From IMG/VR virus record IMGVR_UViG_3300049217_000071, positions 124,001 through 188,000 of that record: a stretch of DNA of 64,000 nt; one strand, given 5' to 3'. Shown in pieces: positions 38,132 to 46,097 of this stretch; the first letter of the stretch is position 1; each line of letters opens with the position of its first letter. The position numbers and the translations under genes were made by a program. A model generated the notes under the pieces. That model made no database searches and was not told the origin of the DNA. It saw only the letters and a program-made list of their open reading frames with translations.

Positions 38132-39101
38132 CGAACAATATGTGGATCCTTCCCTGGATTTAGAGGAAGAGATCAAGCGTCTCAAAGAGAAACGCAACGC
38201 GGTTATTCTGGCTCACTACTACCAAGAGTCGGAAATCCAAGATGTGGCTGATTTCATTGGCGACTCTTTACAACTATCGCAAGAAGCGGCCAAAACCAAA
38301 GCGGACGTTATCTGTTTTGCGGGCGTCCATTTTATGGCGGAGACGGCCAAGATTCTCAACCCCGAGAAGATTGTGCTTTTGCCTGATTTGGAAGCCGGCT
38401 GTTCTTTGGCGGATGGTTGTCCGGCTGACAAGTTTCAAGCTTGGATTGAATTGCATAAGAAAGATAAGCTGTGCACCGTGGTCAGCTACATCAACTGCTC
38501 GGCCGAGGTGAAAGCTTTGTCGGATTACATCTGCACCTCTTCTAACGCAGAAACTATAATCAGATTCATTGCCGCCAAATGTGCGAAGGGCTGGGGAGAA
38601 CCTAACATTCTTTTCGCTCCCGATAAGCATTTGGGCGCCTATCTGATCAAGAAAACCGGTATCCCAATGACCTTGTGGCAAGGGACTTGTATTGTGCACG
38701 AAACTTTCAGTGCTCGCAAGTTGATTGGCCTCAAGACCAGAAACCCAGATGCTTTGGTTATTGCTCACCCAGAATGTGAAGAGTCGGTGCTAAACTTAGC
38801 AGACCATATCTCTTCCACCACGGGATTGCTCAAGTTTGCCATTGCTAATCCGGCCAAGAAGTTTATTGTGGCCACAGAGTCAGGTATTTTGCATCAGATG
38901 CAAAAGGCTTGTCCTGACAAGGAGTTTATTCCGGCTCCTCCTGAGGCTAACTGTGCCTGCAACGAATGTCCTTATATGAAGAAGAACACTCTGGAGAAGG
39001 TATATCTATCCTTACGAGATATGAAGCCAGAGATTACTCTGTCGGATAGACTTATGGATCGTGCTCGAATTTCGATTGATAGAATGATGGCTCTCAGCTA
39101 A
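38109..39101 (+). CDS. nadA: quinolinate synthase A
   Basis: AVILAHYYQ, GDSL, GVHFMAETAKIL, GCSLA, CIVHE, HPEC, CNECPYM. Confidence 0.96.
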   Translation: MTHLPIANEQYVDPSLDLEEEIKRLKEKRNAVILAHYYQESEIQDVADFIGDSLQLSQEAAKTKADVICFAGVHFMAETAKILNPEKIVLLPDLEAGCSLADGCPADKFQAWIELHKKDKLCTVVSYINCSAEVKALSDYICTSSNAETIIRFIAAKCAKGWGEPNILFAPDKHLGAYLIKKTGIPMTLWQGTCIVHETFSARKLIGLKTRNPDALVIAHPECEESVLNLADHISSTTGLLKFAIANPAKKFIVATESGILHQMQKACPDKEFIPAPPEANCACNECPYMKKNTLEKVYLSLRDMKPEITLSDRLMDRARISIDRMMALS

Positions 39102-39115
39102 TAGGAGAAACTACT

Positions 39116-39280
39116 ATGTGGTTATTGGAATTGATTGGTATTTCGTTGGTAGCAGGAACGGTGCTCGGCATTTCTTGGCGAGTGATTGAAGATTGGTGGG
39201 ATAAGGGCGAAGCTGAAAGGTTGGCTCAGAAGGTGGCTGCTGCGGAAGAAGCCGCTTCTTATACCAATAAACCTGAATAA
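39116..39280 (+). CDS. small membrane protein (below ORF-track cutoff)
   Basis: AGGAG RBS; MWLLELIGISLVAGTVLGISW. Confidence 0.6.
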   Translation: MWLLELIGISLVAGTVLGISWRVIEDWWDKGEAERLAQKVAAAEEAASYTNKPE

Positions 39281-39288
39281 GGTTTGAT

Positions 39289-39361
39289 GCGCCATTAGCT
39301 CAGTTGATAGAGCGGTCGACTCTAAAACGAACGGTCGTGGGTTTGAGTCCCACATGGCGCA
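39289..39361 (+). tRNA. amber suppressor tRNA (CUA anticodon), copy 2; weak anticodon stem, no encoded CCA
   Basis: Acceptor GCGCCAT/ATGGCGC, D stem GCTC/GAGC, loop CTCTAAA, T arm GTGGG-TTTGAGT-CCCAC. Confidence 0.75.
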
Positions 39362-39389
39362 CTAAAACTACTAAAATGATATACTCAAC

Positions 39390-39656
39390 ATGACTAGATT
39401 AGAAATCCAAGCACGCGTTAGAGTAATTCGTGAAGAATTAGAAAACAGGCATAAAACCGGCATGACCAAATTGGCCGATGCTGATGGCATTCCGGCCGAA
39501 GCTATTTTTCAAGCCGCCAAGAAGATCAAAGGTCTCAAACCTCGTGTGGAGTATCCTTCCATCTACGAAAACGCAGAGTTTGTAGGAACGGGCGATGCTC
39601 AGTATTCCATCGAGTGGGAATCACTCGATCCCAACGATCACAGAAACGACAGATAA
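39390..39656 (+). CDS. hypothetical protein
   Basis: 88-aa ORF downstream of TGATATAC. Confidence 0.65.
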   Translation: MTRLEIQARVRVIREELENRHKTGMTKLADADGIPAEAIFQAAKKIKGLKPRVEYPSIYENAEFVGTGDAQYSIEWESLDPNDHRNDR

Positions 39657-39678
39657 TTCAAGGAGAAAAACAAGCTAA

Positions 39679-40218
39679 ATGCAACCAGCCACTACCAACA
39701 ACCAAACACAGTATCGCACCCGTATCAACCAATTCATTCGCGTCCCTCAGATCAGGGTCGTGTTAGCCGATGGCAGCAACGGGGGCATTATGAATACGCA
39801 AGATGCTCTCAAGCTGGCCCGAGAGCAAGGACTAGATCTAATCGAGATCAATCCTAAGAGCGTTCCGCCTGTCTGCAAGATTGCCGACTATGGCAAGATG
39901 AAGTATGACGACAAGAAGAAGCTTCAGAACGCCAAGAAAAACCAGCAGGTGCAAGAGCTGAAAGAGCTAACCTTCCGTCCCAACACGGACGAGGGCGACT
40001 TGGCTCACAAGCTGGAGAAGGCTAAAGAGTTCATTGCGGAAGGCAACAAGGTCAAGTTCACGGTGCGTTTCCGTGGTCGTGAAATTGTTCACGCCAATAT
40101 CGGCAAAGAGAAGCTGGAATGGTTCTTGCAACAGTTAGATGGTTTGGTTGCCCCTAATCCCCAGGTAAATCTGGAAGGGAAATTCATGTCAATGGTGGTT
40201 TCACCTGTTAGAAAGTAA
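39679..40218 (+). CDS. infC: translation initiation factor IF-3
   Basis: RINQFIRVPQIRV, LDLIEI, PPVCKIADYGK, KELTFRP, KVKFTVRFRGRE. Confidence 0.96.
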   Translation: MQPATTNNQTQYRTRINQFIRVPQIRVVLADGSNGGIMNTQDALKLAREQGLDLIEINPKSVPPVCKIADYGKMKYDDKKKLQNAKKNQQVQELKELTFRPNTDEGDLAHKLEKAKEFIAEGNKVKFTVRFRGREIVHANIGKEKLEWFLQQLDGLVAPNPQVNLEGKFMSMVVSPVRK

Positions 40219-40222
40219 GATC

Positions 40223-40528
40223 ATGGCACTCACTAGAACACAAAAAATCCAAAGAGCTAAGCTACTCTTGAAAACCGCCCAAAAAGCTATTGCGCCTTAT
40301 CAAAAAAAGCTAGATGCCGCTGAAGCCGAGCTTCATAGAGCAGAAGTTTCCTTCGATAAGGGTGAGCGTGTTAGAGTAACGCAAACCTGTAAACGTGGCT
40401 GCTGTGTGGAATGCGAATTCAATGGTGTGATAGTCGGCCCTACACCTAACGGTATGTGGAACGTCAAAGCTGATAACAGCGGTCATATTCACGAATACAT
40501 CTATGAAGGCGATATGAAGCGACTATGA
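40223..40528 (+). CDS. hypothetical protein
   Basis: 101-aa ORF. Confidence 0.65.
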   Translation: MALTRTQKIQRAKLLLKTAQKAIAPYQKKLDAAEAELHRAEVSFDKGERVRVTQTCKRGCCVECEFNGVIVGPTPNGMWNVKADNSGHIHEYIYEGDMKRL

Positions 40529-40959
40529 AGTGCCCTAATTGCCTCACCACGATGAAGTGTATTAGAGAGATTCATCACGTGCCCGGACAGCCCGGTAGAG
40601 AACGAATGGATCTGCACTGTATCAAACCAATCAAGGGCAAAGACTATGAGGGGCGTGGGTGCGAACTCATATGTCATATGGGCGTCATCACAGAAGATCC
40701 TAAAGAGTGGGTTTGCCACGATTACAATTTCGAGTTTAGGCACGAAGGGAAACGCTTCTACCTAAGAGGGTATGATTATTTAGTTGATTCAATTCACCAA
40801 ACTTTTCATCGTCCCTACGAAAAAGCTACCATCCTTTCTATAAGTGGTGGAGATCAAATAATGAAGGTAGAATTCATCCCAATTTCTACCGGAGACAATA
40901 TGCACGAAGAAGCCTGGAAACTCTTCCATCGTCTCCGAAACCTGGTTATATTCTCGTAA
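40525..40959 (+). CDS. hypothetical Zn-ribbon protein
   Basis: CPNC; ends RLRNLVIFS. Confidence 0.65.
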   Translation: MKCPNCLTTMKCIREIHHVPGQPGRERMDLHCIKPIKGKDYEGRGCELICHMGVITEDPKEWVCHDYNFEFRHEGKRFYLRGYDYLVDSIHQTFHRPYEKATILSISGGDQIMKVEFIPISTGDNMHEEAWKLFHRLRNLVIFS

Positions 40960-40972
40960 TATAGTAGGTAAT

Positions 40973-41047
40973 GTCCCCGTAGCTCAGCGGAAGAGCAGCG
41001 GTTTCCTAAACCGAAGGTCGCAAGTTCGAATCTCGCCGGGGATACCA
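40973..41047 (+). tRNA. tRNA-Arg(CCU)
   Basis: GTCCCCG/CGGGGAT acceptor, loop TTCCTAA, TTCGAAT, encoded CCA. Confidence 0.9.
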
Positions 41048-41096
41048 ATGAAAACATTAGACCAAGTGCGCGCAATCTTCTGATATATAAGTCGGT

Positions 41097-41585
41097 ATGA
41101 CAAATGCCGAATGTTCTCCCGTCGCACAAAAGAACCTTGATACCCTCGTATTCCTGCTGCAATGTAGGTTGCAAAGTAAGTGTAAAGCTAAAGGCTTAGA
41201 TGATGTAGGCAACATTGTCTATGTGGATTGCGATATCTATTCCAAAGATATGTTGCAATCCTTTATTGCTCTTTCGGTTTCTGATTTCAATCAAGTCCCT
41301 TATTTTACCTTCTTTACATTGGAAGATGATAAGTTTGTGGAATGCTTTACTGAAGTTCTGGTAGAAGGCGCTACTTTGTATGCCCTTTCTTCTCAAGCCC
41401 TTATTGAGAGAGGCCGCGAGTTTCAGATTACCGATGGTGGCATCGATTTCGCTCCGCCTACCATCTCGGAAATGCTCAATACACAGTTCTCTACCTTGTT
41501 GGCTCACCATTGGGAAAAGCTAAAGACTATCAAAGCCTCCTTCTCTGAATACAATCTCGAAGAATTCAAGAAGTCTAAGAAGTAA
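41097..41585 (+). CDS. hypothetical protein, possibly virion head-completion-like
   Basis: 162-aa ORF; structural role is a weak recollection, not verified. Confidence 0.55.
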   Translation: MTNAECSPVAQKNLDTLVFLLQCRLQSKCKAKGLDDVGNIVYVDCDIYSKDMLQSFIALSVSDFNQVPYFTFFTLEDDKFVECFTEVLVEGATLYALSSQALIERGREFQITDGGIDFAPPTISEMLNTQFSTLLAHHWEKLKTIKASFSEYNLEEFKKSKK

Positions 41586-41604
41586 GTCTGATATATAACC
41601 GTTT

Positions 41605-42342
41605 ATGAAGAACGGCATTATTCTGGCAGGTGGCACAGGCTCTCGACTGGCCCCTTTGACACACGTGGTCAATAAGCATTTGCTTGGGGTCAATGGTAAG
41701 TTTATCATCGATTATCCTATTGAGTCTCTCAAAAGAATGGGCTGTCAGGACATTACGGTTATCTTGGGTGGAGAACATTATCCACAGGTCATCGGATACT
41801 TAGGAGATGGTAGCCGTTATGGGCTCAATTTCAACTACGTGTATCAACAGAGGCCTTCCGGCATAGCCCAGGCTATCAATCTGTGTAAGAGGTTCGTCTA
41901 TGACGACTCCGACTTCTCGGTTATTCTGGGCGACAATATATTCGAGAATACCATTCATTGGTCGAATCCTAATTGGAAAACCAATCCCAGGGCCCAAATT
42001 TTGCTGGCCGATCACTTTGACCTCAAACGCTTTGGAGTGGTTTCTTTGGATGCCGATGGCAAAATCGTCAAGATTGTGGAGAAGCCTAAGGAATTAGATC
42101 CTAACTACCAGAATTTAGCCGTCTCCGGCTGCTATCTTTTTACGCCACAATATTTCGAGTATTTCAAGCAACTCACACCAAGTGCTCGCGGAGAGTATGA
42201 AATCACTGACATTATCCGTCTGTACTTAGAAAATGACAACCTATCCTACTCGACCATTGAAGGTCTGTGGAGCGATGCCGGTACCCACGAGTCAATTGGG
42301 TTTGTCAATAACTACTTCTACAACAAAGTCCATCCAACGTGA
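41605..42342 (+). CDS. rmlA: glucose-1-phosphate thymidylyltransferase-like
   Basis: GIILAGGTGSRL, NKHLL, GIAQA, ILGDN, SARGEYEITD, DAGT. Confidence 0.9.
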   Translation: MKNGIILAGGTGSRLAPLTHVVNKHLLGVNGKFIIDYPIESLKRMGCQDITVILGGEHYPQVIGYLGDGSRYGLNFNYVYQQRPSGIAQAINLCKRFVYDDSDFSVILGDNIFENTIHWSNPNWKTNPRAQILLADHFDLKRFGVVSLDADGKIVKIVEKPKELDPNYQNLAVSGCYLFTPQYFEYFKQLTPSARGEYEITDIIRLYLENDNLSYSTIEGLWSDAGTHESIGFVNNYFYNKVHPT

Positions 42343-42381
42343 TATAGTTAGTGTGGATTTCTTACTCCAATTCGAGGACAC

Positions 42382-43293
42382 ATGAAAATTCTCACACTGG
42401 GTGACGGCTTTATCGCCAACCACTTGCCTTACGAACAAATTAGAGACGAGGATGGGCATCCCTTCAGGTTGACGCCCAACGAAGAAGACGTAGACTACTG
42501 CCTATCCAAAGACAAGCCTGATGTCATCATCAACTGTTTGGGGCGCACAGGTCGCCCCAATGTTGATTGGTGTGAAAGCCACAGGGCAGAAACTTATCTG
42601 GCTAACGTAACCCTGCCGCTAATGATAGCAGAATGGTGCGAGGCACATGATGTCCATATGATCCAGATCGGTTCGGGATGCATTTACTTTGGCCCTTCTC
42701 CTAATATGGGCTATGGGATGTATTGTGGGCCCGACCCCAAGTATAAAGGCTACACATCTACGGATCACGGTTGGTTAGAGACTGACTTCGCTAACCCGCA
42801 GTCTTACTACTCCAAGACTAAGTATGCCTGTGATCTCGCGTTAGGTGAAATGCCCAACGTTACCACACTCCGCATCAGGATGCCTCTCTCCGAGAAAGAT
42901 ACACCCCGCAATCTCATCAACAAACTACGAGGATACAAAGAAGTCATCGACATCCCCAACTCCGTTACCTTTATGAGCGATTTGATTCGCTGCGTTGATT
43001 GGGCGGCCCATAGCTCGTTGGGAGCCGGCATCTTCCACGTAGTCAATCCGCAGCCTTTGACAGCGGCTCGTATTATGCAGGAGTTTCAGAAGCACGTTCC
43101 AAATCATAAGTTTGAGATCATTGGAGAGCGACGTTTACAAGATTTGGTAGTAGCTAAGCGTTCTAATTGCATTCTCTCGGGAGAGAAACTCTTGAAAGAA
43201 GGTTTCCGAATGACTCCTACCGAAGACGAGTTGAAATACTGTATGTCTCACTACATCAAGAATATGAATCAGGAAGGATTGTATGTCAAATAA
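42382..43293 (+). CDS. NDP-4-keto-6-deoxyglucose 3,5-epimerase/4-reductase (NRS/ER-like SDR)
   Basis: GRTGRPNVDWCESH, GSGCIY, SYYSKTK, LRIRMP. Confidence 0.8.
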   Translation: MKILTLGDGFIANHLPYEQIRDEDGHPFRLTPNEEDVDYCLSKDKPDVIINCLGRTGRPNVDWCESHRAETYLANVTLPLMIAEWCEAHDVHMIQIGSGCIYFGPSPNMGYGMYCGPDPKYKGYTSTDHGWLETDFANPQSYYSKTKYACDLALGEMPNVTTLRIRMPLSEKDTPRNLINKLRGYKEVIDIPNSVTFMSDLIRCVDWAAHSSLGAGIFHVVNPQPLTAARIMQEFQKHVPNHKFEIIGERRLQDLVVAKRSNCILSGEKLLKEGFRMTPTEDELKYCMSHYIKNMNQEGLYVK

Positions 43294-43477
43294 GAACCTC
43301 ACCATCGACCTCAAAGCTAGGAAGGATGTGGATGGCAGAACCTTTTATGTCGGCAAGATCAAGGGGCCAATTCTCATTGATTGTTCGCAGGGTGCTGTTT
43401 TCTTAGTCTTCATCAGCGATCATGGAGATGAGCAGTTGCAAGTAGCTCAGATGGACAACAAAGAATTGGACGATTGA
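43283..43477 (+). CDS. hypothetical protein
   Basis: 64-aa ORF. Confidence 0.6.
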   Translation: MSNKNLTIDLKARKDVDGRTFYVGKIKGPILIDCSQGAVFLVFISDHGDEQLQVAQMDNKELDD

Positions 43478-43478
43478 A

Positions 43479-43781
43479 ATGATGCACTTCGAGGATTTAT
43501 GGACGCAGTGCGAGGGGCTTCAGAAAGAGGCGGCTCAAACTCATAGTATTCCAGAGATGGCGGAAGAGTTGATGATGAAGATCAACCTTTACAAAGCCAT
43601 AACAGAGAAAACCAAGATTCCTACAGAAGAGCTTCAGAGAATGAGAACTCGTATCCTGGGTGAAATTCTACTGACACTCACCAAATTGTCATTGAAAGAC
43701 AACGTGAATGTATTCGAGGCCTTAGCAGAGGCCTTTCAAATTCGCACTATCGAACAATTAGACAGCAAGCATTCCGCTTAG
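43479..43781 (+). CDS. hypothetical helical protein
   Basis: 100-aa ORF; ends in TAG. Confidence 0.65.
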   Translation: MMHFEDLWTQCEGLQKEAAQTHSIPEMAEELMMKINLYKAITEKTKIPTEELQRMRTRILGEILLTLTKLSLKDNVNVFEALAEAFQIRTIEQLDSKHSA

Positions 43782-44113
43782 ACAGTCTTGACGGTCATAC
43801 CTGGCAAGGTCTTCTGAACCACTGCCATAAGAGCGTTGAAGGCGTTGTTGGAATCTTTGCCTGGTGAAAAACGAACGTGCACTTCATTGCCGTGGACTTC
43901 CACTACATCAATCACACCCTTGCCTGGCTTGAGTGCGGCAGGTAGAGCTTTGATGAGGGTTTCCGCAGGACGTAGGTTAGGTTGGTTAGCTTCTGGCATA
44001 ACCAAAGCTGGTGCGCCTTGAGGGCCTAAACCTTGGGCTAATTTGTTGATAATCCTCTGTTGCTTTTCAGCAATCTTTACGAGTTGTTGAATGATTTCTT
44101 TGTCAGTTGCCAT
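43778..44113 (-). CDS. hypothetical protein, possibly virion-associated
   Basis: LVKIAEKQQRIINKLAQ then Pro/Gly linker; AAGGTG RBS. Confidence 0.65.
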   Translation of the reverse strand: MATDKEIIQQLVKIAEKQQRIINKLAQGLGPQGAPALVMPEANQPNLRPAETLIKALPAALKPGKGVIDVVEVHGNEVHVRFSPGKDSNNAFNALMAVVQKTLPGMTVKTV

Positions 44114-44182
44114 GGGGTACACCTTTTTTACATTGAAAGAGATTGATATTGTATATGCTCAATATTTAGCTGATAGTTTTGA

Positions 44183-44626
44183 TTATTCGGCCAGAGTTTG
44201 TTGTAGAAGGTAAACCGACTCTTCACGGCTGCTGGCGATGGCCATAATCATATCGTCCAGGCCCAGCGTTAGGTTGCCCTCTTCCTCGAAGCAGTTATAC
44301 GCCTTCTTGGAGAACTGTAGAAAATCTTTCTCCACATTTAGGGACATCTGAAGCGGCGAGCCCTCCAAGGCCTTATATTTCAGTAGAAGTTTATGAATCA
44401 GGTCGGCTTGCAAGTCGTAATCCAAGCACTTATCGCTAAAGAGGCCAATAAACTTTTCGGCCGCCAAATCCAAGTCCTTCAGAGCCGAGTTGTATAATCT
44501 CTCGAATAACTGATGATCCCCATAAAAGGGAGGACCCTTGGTAGTCCAGTGGCTGTGCTGATGAATGAGCGCTATGACTTTGAGAGTAGCGATATACAAA
44601 GCCGCGGTTTTGCTACACTTATCCAT
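44183..44626 (-). CDS. Dps/ferritin-like protein
   Basis: HQHSHWTTKGPPFYGDHQLFERLY...DLAAEK ferroxidase-type pattern. Confidence 0.75.
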   Translation of the reverse strand: MDKCSKTAALYIATLKVIALIHQHSHWTTKGPPFYGDHQLFERLYNSALKDLDLAAEKFIGLFSDKCLDYDLQADLIHKLLLKYKALEGSPLQMSLNVEKDFLQFSKKAYNCFEEEGNLTLGLDDMIMAIASSREESVYLLQQTLAE

Positions 44627-44685
44627 AAGTTAGGTTCCTGCCTGCAAGAAGTTGAATGGCACAAACATATGTTTTTATTAGTATC

Positions 44686-45297
44686 TTACAGCAGAATAGT
44701 ATGTTTCAAGCCTCGTTCCCAGACTTCTTGTGCGTAAACATCGCCGTGTTCATACTGATTGCCTAATTGCATAGAGTAGTTGTAATATTGGGGACGGCCC
44801 AAAGTGAGCGGATTATTAGAAATGACATAGCCCAAGCGTCCATTGTAGAGCTGGTGCCACGGTTTATTTTGGGCATTAGAAACGAAGCTAACCTCCAAGT
44901 TATCACCCAATTCAGTGCGTCCAATGATTTTTTCGGGGATACCACCATCTACAATGAAAATAGAACGACTATGGTATTCTGCTAACACCACATTGGGACT
45001 GGAGCGAATCCACCGTTTGAGAATGGCCTCTGACTCTTCTAGCTTGGCAAAGAGCAAATAATCCTGACGACCAGCGTTGTAAATGACCTTACCGGTCGCC
45101 AAATATTGATCCATTATTTCAATACGCTTCTTGACTTCCGACAAATCGTTATTAGGAAAACACAGTCCGCTATTGAAAATGATCCAATCGTATTGCGAAA
45201 ACATACTTTCCACTTGCAATAGTTTATGCAGGCGATCGTACACCGGCCCCACCACTAAGAGTTTTTGGGCCGGCTTCAGTGTGATTTGCGATATCAT
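44686..45297 (-). CDS. degenerate metallophosphoesterase-fold protein
   Basis: Spacing of LLVVGPVYD / IIFNSG / AGRQD / IVDGG mirrors PPP motifs but lacks the metal ligands. Confidence 0.5.
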   Translation of the reverse strand: MISQITLKPAQKLLVVGPVYDRLHKLLQVESMFSQYDWIIFNSGLCFPNNDLSEVKKRIEIMDQYLATGKVIYNAGRQDYLLFAKLEESEAILKRWIRSSPNVVLAEYHSRSIFIVDGGIPEKIIGRTELGDNLEVSFVSNAQNKPWHQLYNGRLGYVISNNPLTLGRPQYYNYSMQLGNQYEHGDVYAQEVWERGLKHTILL

Positions 45298-45418
45298 CTC
45301 GGATAGCTATATCCTCTACGGCAAAATTTTCAGCATAAACGAATGGCGAACTGGATCTCGACAAAAGTATAAGGGGATCAAAGGGGATATAGCAGTTATA
45401 TGTAGATTTAGGAGCCCT

Positions 45419-45772
45419 GTGAAAAAACCGAAAACCATCGTTCCCTTTTCTTTCAAAGAGATGAGTAAACAGCAAATGGTTGATCATCTCAATGACAAGT
45501 ATCCCATTAGCCTCAAACATAACGAAGACTTAGTCAATCGAGTTCATGCCCGCTATCCCCTTCTACATAAGTCTGAAGTAGGGATCATCATCAAAGCTAT
45601 TTTTGGAAGTTTTCGCGATTTGCTGGTGCTGGGAAAGATCCTCAATTTCAATAGCTTGTTTTTTGACACCAAATTGCATTTCTTTGATTACCGACGAGAC
45701 GGCCATATATTACCTTCTCTGAAAGTCCGTATTTCCACGCCTCCCAAACTAAGGAAAAATGAAAAACACTGA
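45419..45772 (+). CDS. HU/IHF-like DNA-binding protein
   Basis: AGGAG-GTG start; LVNRVHARY...IIIKAIFGSFRDLLVLGK. Confidence 0.5.
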   Translation: MKKPKTIVPFSFKEMSKQQMVDHLNDKYPISLKHNEDLVNRVHARYPLLHKSEVGIIIKAIFGSFRDLLVLGKILNFNSLFFDTKLHFFDYRRDGHILPSLKVRISTPPKLRKNEKH

Positions 45773-46097
45773 CGACCCAGAATTGCCGACTTCGGATAGC
45801 GTAGCGGAAGAGATTAGTGCCAAGTTGGATCTTGAGAAAATCAAGGCTAACATTTCCGAGTATGATAGCGAAAAGTTGTGCGATATGATTGTGTGTGATC
45901 GATATTTCGGATTAGAACAGAAGATTTCTACTGTATGTATGGAAGAGTTAGCCAAACGTCGTATAGCTGGTGATACTTTTGACTTTGAGACTCGTATCGA
46001 TAAATCACTCAAGACTCTGCCGTCGCTCAAGTTTGTGATGCCAGATTTTCGTTCAATGTTGGGTGGGCTGGCACGTAGAGGAATCAAGACACGATGA
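45759..46097 (+). CDS. hypothetical protein
   Basis: 112-aa ORF. Confidence 0.7.
   Translation: MKNTDDPELPTSDSVAEEISAKLDLEKIKANISEYDSEKLCDMIVCDRYFGLEQKISTVCMEELAKRRIAGDTFDFETRIDKSLKTLPSLKFVMPDFRSMLGGLARRGIKTR

Noticed and set aside
39289-39361. tRNA-Arg(UCU) reading of suppressor copy 2
   Set aside because: That register puts C at position 33 and leaves no anticodon stem pairing; the CUA register keeps U33 and three base pairs.
45131-45418. N-terminal 96 codons of the 213-aa ORF
   Set aside because: Overlaps the divergent gene and intergenic region; an AGGAG-GTG start at 45419 fits the HU-like domain better.
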